25,070 nt of DNA from a virus (lineage: Duplodnaviria; Caudoviricetes): IMG/VR virus record IMGVR_UViG_3300030433_001760, positions 1 to 25,070 of that record; one strand, given 5' to 3'. The position numbers and the translations under genes were made by a program. Positions 1 through 6,484 of this stretch are shown here, one piece after another. The notes under the pieces were generated by a model that did not search any database, had not been told where the DNA came from, and worked only from the letters and a program-made list of their open reading frames with translations. Position 1 is the first letter of the stretch. Each line of letters opens with the position of its first letter.

Positions 1-886
1 CTGCGACGACTTGCATAGCTGTGACAACATCGGAGGCAGCATGAGTGCTGAAGCCCGATGCCTTGAAGTCACCAGCAACTGCTTGCATTGCAGTGACAAC
101 ATCCGAAGCTGCGTGGGTACTGAACCCAGTAGCCTGAGATGCAGTTCTGGATGCGGCGTCAGTTGTTACTTGATCAACCGAAGGATCGAACGTTGACAAC
201 CCGGAGACATCCGCCTTAAATGCGTCCTCTCTGGTTCCGTCAGTAAAGTAGGTGTAGATGTCAGCAGCAGAGTCGCCACCGCCACCTGTTAGTGCATTCG
301 CGTCAACCTGACCGGCCACTGTAAATGCCAACTGATCGGTCTTGGCCTTAATGGCGTCCACAATCGAGTCTATGGTATCCACAGAAGCCTGTGATGCGAG
401 AGCCGAGATGTCAGCCTTGAAGTCGTTAGCGACTGCCTGAAGAGCCGTAACAACGTCTGCAGCACTGTGAGTCGAGAACCCGGTAGCTGTTGCCCAGTCA
501 CCTTGGTTCTGCTGTAGCTCATTTGTGTCAGCAAGTATCGAAGTGATAGATGCGTTGTCAGGTGCTACTGTGTTAGCACTGTCAGTTCCTCGCATTGTCG
601 CAGCAACTTTGATTGGCACATGGTACTCAGACCAAGCCGTCCCACCAATGTCACCGTTGACTGCACAGCTAACTCCGTCATCGTTGTCAGATACAGACAA
701 TGCAGGAGATAGGCCGCTAAATTTAATCTTGTAAACACCCGTTGATGGGTTGGTTACAGTAGGCACTGCACTTGCGTGAGTGCTTAATCTTGTTGTTGCA
801 GTGTCAATGTTTGCTGCAACGTGGGCACCACTGTCGATCACATTAACCGTGATCACTGCTGTAGTGCCTTCAAATACTTCTTGCAT
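1..886 (-). CDS. Repeat-containing virion/tail-fibre-like protein (partial, runs off the window start; absent from the ORF track)
   Basis: ATG at 886 after GAGGA SD, 9 nt past the stop of the LamG gene. The frame reads open for about 295 codons (MQEVFEGTTAVITVNVIDSG...ILADTNELQQNQGDWATATGFSTHSAADVVTALQAVANDFKA...IKAKTDQLAFTV...). It is Ala/Thr/Ser/Asp-rich with internal repeats. Function is inferred from composition and context. Confidence 0.8.
   Translation of the reverse strand, partial: MQEVFEGTTAVITVNVIDSGAHVAANIDTATTRLSTHASAVPTVTNPSTGVYKIKFSGLSPALSVSDNDDGVSCAVNGDIGGTAWSEYHVPIKVAATMRGTDSANTVAPDNASITSILADTNELQQNQGDWATATGFSTHSAADVVTALQAVANDFKADISALASQASVDTIDSIVDAIKAKTDQLAFTVAGQVDANALTGGGGDSAADIYTYFTDGTREDAFKADVSGLSTFDPSVDQVTTDAASRTASQATGFSTHAASDVVTAMQAVAGDFKASGFSTHAASDVVTAMQVVA
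2..132 (-). repeat. Tandem 72-nt / 24-aa coding repeat (TGFSTHAASDVVTAMQAVAGDFKA), with a third copy at about 416-487
   Basis: gtgacaacat recurs at 21 and 93 (period 72). The units differ mostly at synonymous positions. Confidence 0.85.
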
Positions 887-895
887 TGTTATCCT

Positions 896-1651
896 CTAGT
901 CTAAAACGTGAGTTGAATTAAATGGGTGGGAAGTCGGAGCTTCTCCTTCACCGCCACCCCCACCGGCAGGCTCATAGCCTCGCTGGGATGAAAGGTCTGT
1001 AATCTCTTGGCTAGTAACTACCCTATCTATCCAGCGGAAGTCATCAATCTTACCGTCGAACACTTCGTCCTGCCCGGTATCAGATAGACCTCGCTGTGAC
1101 TGACCTATCCAGAACTCAACATCAGCATGAGGTGCTGACGATGGTGTCACAAGAGTCTGTGCTGAACCAGACTGTGATCCATTAAGGTAAAACCTAAGGC
1201 TATTACTTGAGTCAATGGTCATAACAACGTGAGTCCAAGTGTTTAATGAAACAGATGGTCCAGTCGCTGAGACATAGTTTCCAGCAGTGTTTGCGTACCA
1301 GTATTTCAGGTTGCCAGAGTCAATCCTGAGCAGGCTCCATAGCTTACTGCTTCCAAGAGCAGTATAGCCACCCCAGATGGTCCTTGCACTTCCACTTGTG
1401 GTTGGATAGATCCAAGCAGATATGCTGAAGTCATTAGGGGAAGAAATAACCTCTGCTGGCCTTCCGATTTCAACACGATGACTCTCTGATTGAAAGTCAA
1501 TAGCATGGCTGCCACTGTTGGACGGATCAAAAACTACGGATGCGTCAACGAGCGTGCCGTTGTTTCCATTTCCAGAAAGGTCATCAACGCCGTTTGAAGG
1601 TGACAGTGTTGGGCAGATCCAGACGATCTCATCGCCTATTCCTGTAGCCAT
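896..1651 (-). CDS. LamG / concanavalin A-like lectin domain protein (putative receptor-binding or decoration protein)
   Basis: Laminin_G_3-type motifs: DLSGNGNNGTL, FSISAWI, WTHVVMT, LRFYLNG, FWIG, FDGKIDDFR. Ends in a Gly linker and a short tail. Confidence 0.88.
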   Translation of the reverse strand: MATGIGDEIVWICPTLSPSNGVDDLSGNGNNGTLVDASVVFDPSNSGSHAIDFQSESHRVEIGRPAEVISSPNDFSISAWIYPTTSGSARTIWGGYTALGSSKLWSLLRIDSGNLKYWYANTAGNYVSATGPSVSLNTWTHVVMTIDSSNSLRFYLNGSQSGSAQTLVTPSSAPHADVEFWIGQSQRGLSDTGQDEVFDGKIDDFRWIDRVVTSQEITDLSSQRGYEPAGGGGGEGEAPTSHPFNSTHVLD

Positions 1652-2931
1652 TATGATTCCTCCCTGATTGGGTGTCCGTTGCCAGCCAGTCTAATCGGAT
1701 GATTAGTTATAGCAGGCACTTGATCGTCAGCCAAAACAATATGGCCAAAGTAGTGTTGGTTAGGATACGGCACTGTAGTTAGTGTCATATCAACGTCATT
1801 ACCATTGAAAGCCATAGACCCAATGGCGGCATCATATACAGCAGAGCCATTATGTGCCTTCAGCTTTAGGTCAGCACCCGAGTAGCTGATCTCATCGGAT
1901 GTTCCAATTCCGTCAGCAGATACAGTACCTTGATGACTAGAAGTCGATCCACTACTGTTGTTACTGATGAAGCAATAGCTGTTGCCAGTCGAAGCAGGCT
2001 GAGTTACCTGAACACCAGTGCCCTGTGCGGTACACATGTGTGCTAGTGCAACCTGAGAAACATATCCTGTGTCAGTAGGACCACTGAAGGTCTCGCTGCT
2101 ATTGAGAGATATGTTGCCAACCCCAACCTTAGCCCTGATAGAGTCATCAATGGCTAGTAATACAGAGTCGTCATCTCCGGTGCTACCAGTAGTTGACATG
2201 GTAACAGAGTTAGTGCCCCAGCTACTTATGCTAGAGATCCAAGTCTGGCTATCCTGATGGATCTGACCAACCAAGTAACCACTCTCCATTCTCTGGCTGA
2301 CCTGCATGGTTGAAGCACCATGAGTTCCACCCTGAGCATACATGACCTGACTATTGCCAGACCTCTCAGCCATTCCCCAAGAGTAGATGTTTGTATCTGA
2401 CTCGGTCTGCCCACTGTTGTTCTGGCCAGCAGTGTGACCAAAGATAACATTAGGGTTAATGGAGAATGACTTAGTTCCAGAAGTAGAGCTACCTAGCTTT
2501 ATCATGTCGGCATTGACACCACCGAATATGATTGTCGTTGAAGGGACAAGGTAACTGGGGAACACCGTTCCTGTAGCTGTTTTTGTGAACCTGAGTCCAT
2601 CAGTTAACTGCTTTGCCTCTAAGGTTATAAAGCCTCGTAGGTAAACAGTGTCGTCGTCACTATAGTTCTGGAACCTCTTCATTTCAGAAGAGAAGCGATT
2701 GTCCAGAGCATACACACCAGAATTGTAAACCTTATAAGCACTGCCATCCCAAACGCCAGTGATGATCGACTCACCTGAATTGTTAGATGTAGCACCAGAG
2801 TTATAATTGTGGTAGCTAAGGAATGTCACAAACGCATCTACTTGGCCGAAGCCAGAGATAGTTGCGTCAAAGTTAGTTCCATTGGCCTGTGAGTTATCAA
2901 GGCCGTGAATGAGTGTTCCTATCTTGGACAT
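1651..2931 (-). CDS. Ser/Gly/Thr-rich beta-structured protein, putative virion adhesin or fibre
   Basis: 426-aa ORF with TAATG overlaps on both sides. Composition is typical of phage beta-rich structural proteins, and it lies next to the LamG gene. Confidence 0.65.
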   Translation of the reverse strand: MSKIGTLIHGLDNSQANGTNFDATISGFGQVDAFVTFLSYHNYNSGATSNNSGESIITGVWDGSAYKVYNSGVYALDNRFSSEMKRFQNYSDDDTVYLRGFITLEAKQLTDGLRFTKTATGTVFPSYLVPSTTIIFGGVNADMIKLGSSTSGTKSFSINPNVIFGHTAGQNNSGQTESDTNIYSWGMAERSGNSQVMYAQGGTHGASTMQVSQRMESGYLVGQIHQDSQTWISSISSWGTNSVTMSTTGSTGDDDSVLLAIDDSIRAKVGVGNISLNSSETFSGPTDTGYVSQVALAHMCTAQGTGVQVTQPASTGNSYCFISNNSSGSTSSHQGTVSADGIGTSDEISYSGADLKLKAHNGSAVYDAAIGSMAFNGNDVDMTLTTVPYPNQHYFGHIVLADDQVPAITNHPIRLAGNGHPIREES

Positions 2932-3533
2932 TATACACTCCAGTTGTTAGCAATCGCCTGTACTGCTTGAGCCCAGACCATTGGGTCTGCTTCTACTGAA
3001 TCCATAAGTGGTGCTATGTTAGCATTGTAAGCCTCAGTCCACTTTTCTATCTGCTGCATGTGTGCCTCATAGTTAGCAGCGTCAACTGCTTCCTGTGCAA
3101 CACGTGCATCTTCTTCTGCAATGGCGTCTGCGATGTCTTGCTCGGATATAACTCCGTGGCGAAGACCTCCACCAAGTGCAATAACCTTGTCGCTCTGTTC
3201 CTGAGTGATAACACCAGCAATAACAAGTCCAGCGAGAAGTGATGAACACTTGAGTGCCCACTCAGGCTTATCGCTTTCGATGTGTACGCTGCGGATCTTG
3301 TTCAGGTGACGAAGAAGCTCAGCAACTCCTTCACCTAGCTCACCGCCTAACTCAACAAGAGCAGGGATAGGCCCAGACCAGTTTCCAGTGATCTCATCTC
3401 TCCAAGCAAGTCCTTCATCACCAAGCAGGTTCTCAAGAGCCTGCAGGTCAATAGGATTGCCAGTAAGCGAAGACAACAGTGCTGCCTTTTCTGCGTTTGG
3501 CATATCGCCTAGTGCGTTGATTTCTACAATCAT
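2931..3533 (-). CDS. Hypothetical helical acidic protein (possible fibre-associated or chaperone protein)
   Basis: 200-aa ORF with AAGGA SD, coupled to the next gene by TAATG. Confidence 0.7.
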   Translation of the reverse strand: MIVEINALGDMPNAEKAALLSSLTGNPIDLQALENLLGDEGLAWRDEITGNWSGPIPALVELGGELGEGVAELLRHLNKIRSVHIESDKPEWALKCSSLLAGLVIAGVITQEQSDKVIALGGGLRHGVISEQDIADAIAEEDARVAQEAVDAANYEAHMQQIEKWTEAYNANIAPLMDSVEADPMVWAQAVQAIANNWSV

Positions 3534-3543
3534 CGTTTAATCC

Positions 3544-3762
3544 TTATAGTTGTTTAAGTTCTTCAGCATTGGGGTCAATTCTAACCAATGCCATCCAAAG
3601 TTGTCTCCTGTCATCATCGCATTCTTCTGCACGCTTTACCAACTCTTCGTGGGTCTTTCGCTGGGCATGGTATAGGTGTGCCACTGCACCGCCAAGTGCG
3701 GTGAGACCCCCTAGTAGTGCCGTGGTGAGGCTTATGGGCTCTACCTGTGCAAAGTGTTCCAT
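3544..3762 (-). CDS. Small single-TM plus coiled-coil protein (holin-like)
   Basis: Hydrophobic ISLTTALLGGLTALGGAVAHLY followed by charged helix RKTHEELVKRAEECDDDRRQLW. The holin role is an inference. Confidence 0.6.
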   Translation of the reverse strand: MEHFAQVEPISLTTALLGGLTALGGAVAHLYHAQRKTHEELVKRAEECDDDRRQLWMALVRIDPNAEELKQL

Positions 3763-3764
3763 GA

Positions 3765-3911
3765 TTAACTCTCTTTGTTCTTGTTGTCGTTCTTGTTGTC
3801 TTCTAGCAGCCGGTTAAGGACATCCTTAACCTTCAGTTTAAGCTGTGATTCAAGCCTCTTGGACGAATCCGCAACAAGTTTTTTTAACATCTCTAAGTGT
3901 TTGTCTTTCAT
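3765..3911 (-). CDS. 48-aa basic coiled-coil protein (below the ORF-track cutoff)
   Basis: MKDKHLEMLKKLVADSSKRLESQLKLKVKDVLNRLLEDNKNDNKNKES. GGAGG SD, ATGA overlap with the peptidase stop, and it fills the gap exactly. Confidence 0.75.
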   Translation of the reverse strand: MKDKHLEMLKKLVADSSKRLESQLKLKVKDVLNRLLEDNKNDNKNKES

Positions 3912-4645
3912 GATTCCTCCCTAGACTTGACCGCCCTAATTGCGACTGACTCAAAAGGTACGGCCTTGTCGCCCCAGATGATTCCGTACCCGCCTTTAAG
4001 ACCACCACCGCTCCAGCCAGTTCCCCAGCTATTAGCAATGATGAGACCAACGTTACCGGACCTGTTCATTGTCACACCTAATCCCAACACCAAATGCTTC
4101 CACCAGCTAAACGCTAGTGTCACAGGTGATGGTCGCTCACCGATTAGTGCACTGACAACTCCGTCAAAGTCACGGCGTCCTAGCTCCTCGAACTCAACAA
4201 GCTTATGCCTAGATGCTTCACGCTTGACCTTATCGCTCCAGTTGTTGGTCTTGGTGAACTCTGGCAAGTACTTGTGAGTCGGGATGCCAAACTTTTCCAC
4301 TCCCTTGCAAGCCTCAACTGCGAAACCGCCTTGGCGTCTTCCGCCCTTGATCTTGTAAGCAAGTGCAAAGGCATTGAGGTCAACATGACCAACGCCTTGT
4401 ATCGTATATGCAGTCTTCACTGCTCCCACTGTCCCATATGCCCAGCAATACGGCCAAGCTTTCTGGTTCATCACAGGCTGTTCGTGCTTGTGCCAGTGGT
4501 ATGGTTGTATTTTTAAGTGATTAAGGTATTTGATCCTCTCACGCCATTGAGAACGTGGCACTCGAGCCCCAGAGAACTCAGGGTATGCTGAGAACTCTGG
4601 AACGTCGGTGTATGATCTCTCAATGTATCCTTTACCGAATGTCAT
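3908..4645 (-). CDS. Papain-like (C1 family) cysteine peptidase
   Basis: NQKAWPYCWAYG (oxyanion Gln and catalytic Cys), WKHLVLGLG (His) and IANSWGTGW (Asn) match the papain QxxxxxCW / H / NSWG signature. Confidence 0.88.
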   Translation of the reverse strand: MTFGKGYIERSYTDVPEFSAYPEFSGARVPRSQWRERIKYLNHLKIQPYHWHKHEQPVMNQKAWPYCWAYGTVGAVKTAYTIQGVGHVDLNAFALAYKIKGGRRQGGFAVEACKGVEKFGIPTHKYLPEFTKTNNWSDKVKREASRHKLVEFEELGRRDFDGVVSALIGERPSPVTLAFSWWKHLVLGLGVTMNRSGNVGLIIANSWGTGWSGGGLKGGYGIIWGDKAVPFESVAIRAVKSREES

Positions 4646-5403
4646 TGAGTAGCCTTTCTAATTCTTCTGATGTTATTGGCATGTCAACTGATGATGACTT
4701 ACCGTTTCCATAAACGTAAACGACCGAGGGGGAACTTCCTCTTTCGCTGCGACTCTTTCTTATCGCATCGGCAAGGTGAGACTCCACATTGTCCACAGAC
4801 TGACTCGTCTGGTACAATCTCCTCTCGATCCCCATCGACGATAACTTCTCCTCGATCATCAAGGATCGGATCAAAGTCGAGATCTCCGGTGTGACCGTCT
4901 CGTTCGTCAAGAACAGGACGGCCTCCGGCCTCCCCCCGTGGGAGTACCTCCACTACGTCGTCAACATGGTCAACGATGAAGTCCCAAGCGGTCGATAGGT
5001 GACCACCAGCCCAGAGGGCACCGGCAAGGATCGTGGCAGCTAAAGGCTTCCAGTTCCACTCGCCTTCGACCTTCTCAGCGTTCTTCCAGTTCTTGGCAGC
5101 TTCTACGGCTTTCTGAGAGCTCTTCCGCAAAAGACGACCCAACCATCGGGCCCCTTCCTCTACGTGCGGGAGCAGCCCGCTGAGCACGCCTATCGTCAAT
5201 ATTCCGATCAGTTGTACGAAGGACACGGCACTGGCAAGCAAAGTTGCCCCAAGTGCGGCCCATTGTGCATCGCCAAACCCTTCCTGCGGGGGGTTAGCAA
5301 ATGCGTGTAGCCACCCGTCGCGGTACAAGACCCAGCCGAACCAGATGGTCGCTAGCCCAACCACAAATTGGAAGGACTTGTTATCTTTTAGATTTTTCCA
5401 CAT
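4632..5403 (-). CDS. Multi-pass membrane protein with a soluble C-terminal domain, apparently frameshifted (+1) at a G6 run at 4932-4937
   Basis: ATG 5403 with GGAG SD and about three hydrophobic segments. Removing one G joins ...VVEVLPRG to RPEAVLFLTNETVTPEISTLIRS... (ORF 4632..4910), giving 256 aa that ends overlapping the peptidase start. Confidence 0.6.
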
Positions 5404-5405
5404 TT

Positions 5406-5681
5406 TTACTCTCCAAGTAATTCGTCTATCTTTTTGTTGATCCACTTCTCAATAAGCTTCATTGCTACTTTGAGCATTAGGCTAATGAGGATGGACGTTA
5501 AAATGCTTCCATACTGCTGTCCGAATCCATTCCTGAGTGCCTCGATGTCTTCACGAGTCCACTTCTCTGCGAGCTTCTTGTGACTGTCGATGTGCTTGGC
5601 CGACTTGTAGTACGAACCAGACTTCTCGAAGTTGTCACGAGCGATCTGCTCGGCTTGACGCTTCTTTCTTTTACTCAGCAT
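5406..5681 (-). CDS. Small basic protein with a C-terminal hydrophobic/amphipathic helix
   Basis: 91 aa containing YGSILTSILISLMLKVAMKLIEKWI. Overlaps the end of the protease gene and abuts the next gene. Confidence 0.75.
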   Translation of the reverse strand: MLSKRKKRQAEQIARDNFEKSGSYYKSAKHIDSHKKLAEKWTREDIEALRNGFGQQYGSILTSILISLMLKVAMKLIEKWINKKIDELLGE

Positions 5682-6363
5682 GTTCTAGTCTCCGTAGTAG
5701 CTGATGAATGCACGCATTTCGGATTGAATAGGTGTGAATGTAGTCGGTTGCGTGGATAACCCCTACGAGCTCACCGGCGTCATTGAACAGAGCTCCACCG
5801 GAGTCACCGGGGATCGCTGGGTTCGTTGACTGGACACAGTTTGGCTGGCTTCCGCCAATGTTTATCGTGAAGTCAGAGACGGTGCCGCTCCAGATTCGTC
5901 GCTCGCAACCCTCTTTGTTATCACTGTAAGACACGCCGAAGCCAACGCCGTGTACGGTATCTCCCTCTGAGACGTCGTCCCAAGCTACTGGTGCAGCAGG
6001 GGTTATGACTTTCTCAGGCTTGTTAGCCTTGATGATCACAAGGTCGTATTCTACGTTGTAGATCTTCACGTAGCCGCTGTAGATGACCTGTAGGTGGTGA
6101 TCCACAATAGCGATTGGCTGGTCTTCTGCACCCTCTACGACGTGATGAGCGGACACGAAAAGGCCATCACCAATGTGAGTTGCACTGCCAAAGCCATAGG
6201 CAGACTGGATTCCAACGACACTTTCAGCCGCTTGGATAGATTGTTCGGTGGGGACCACTGGGGCGATAGATGCCTTGGTCAGGTAGAATGCGTTGTCTAC
6301 GTAGATGCCAGCGGGAGTCAGGAATGCGGCAATTAGTAGTAAATCTCGAATAAGCTTCTTCAT
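5671..6363 (-). CDS. Trypsin-like (S1) serine protease with an N-terminal signal/TM anchor
   Basis: Triad motifs SAHHVV (His), YDLVII (Asp), GDSGGALF (Ser). Start moved to ATG 6363 (GAGGA SD; MKKLIRDLLLIAAFLTPAG). Confidence 0.9.
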   Translation of the reverse strand: MKKLIRDLLLIAAFLTPAGIYVDNAFYLTKASIAPVVPTEQSIQAAESVVGIQSAYGFGSATHIGDGLFVSAHHVVEGAEDQPIAIVDHHLQVIYSGYVKIYNVEYDLVIIKANKPEKVITPAAPVAWDDVSEGDTVHGVGFGVSYSDNKEGCERRIWSGTVSDFTINIGGSQPNCVQSTNPAIPGDSGGALFNDAGELVGVIHATDYIHTYSIRNACIHQLLRRLEHAE

Positions 6364-6391
6364 AGGTAGATCCTCGCTGTGTTGTGTGTGG

Positions 6392-6439
6392 GCAAGAGGG
6401 GGGACGCCTCTACTTTTGGGCTGTCCCCCTAGCTCCTGC
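6392..6439 (-). other. 48-nt GC-rich stem-loop in the leader of the protease cassette
   Basis: GCAGGAG-cta-GGGGGAC-a-GCC-(10 nt)-GGC-GTCCCCC-CTCTTGC, with no U-tract after it. Confidence 0.65.
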
Positions 6440-6450
6440 GATAATCTTTT

Positions 6451-6459
6451 ACTATACCA
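6451..6459 (-). promoter_or_regulatory. Putative extended -10 promoter (TG-G-TATAGT)
   Basis: Intergenic, between the helicase stop and the protease start. No clear -35. Confidence 0.5.
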
Positions 6460-6484
6460 TACCACCCCCTAAAAGTGGTAAGGT

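Noticed and set aside
2-132. 72-nt repeats as a CRISPR array or DGR template/variable pair
   Set aside because: There are no unique spacers, the differences are synonymous rather than adenine-specific, and no cas or reverse transcriptase gene is present in the window.
3777-3800. Direct repeat GACAACAAGAAC x2 as a regulatory site
   Set aside because: It falls inside the 48-aa ORF and encodes DNKN-DNKN.
1651-3923. Two proteins both ending in REES (shared AGGGAGGAATCAT at about 1654-1666 and about 3911-3923)
   Set aside because: Explained by the Shine-Dalgarno sequence of the next overlapping gene, not by a protein motif.
4699-4930. CGQC...CRC zinc-finger-like tail of the 248-aa ORF
   Set aside because: More likely out-of-frame sequence after the G6 shift, because the overlapping frame gives a more protein-like domain coupled to the next gene.
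6364-6465. N-terminal extensions in the ORF track (starts at 5445, 6465, 8721, 8887, 10544, 12181, 12774, 21058)
   Set aside because: They overlap upstream genes or regulatory hairpins. Downstream starts with SD sequences or stop-start overlaps fit better.
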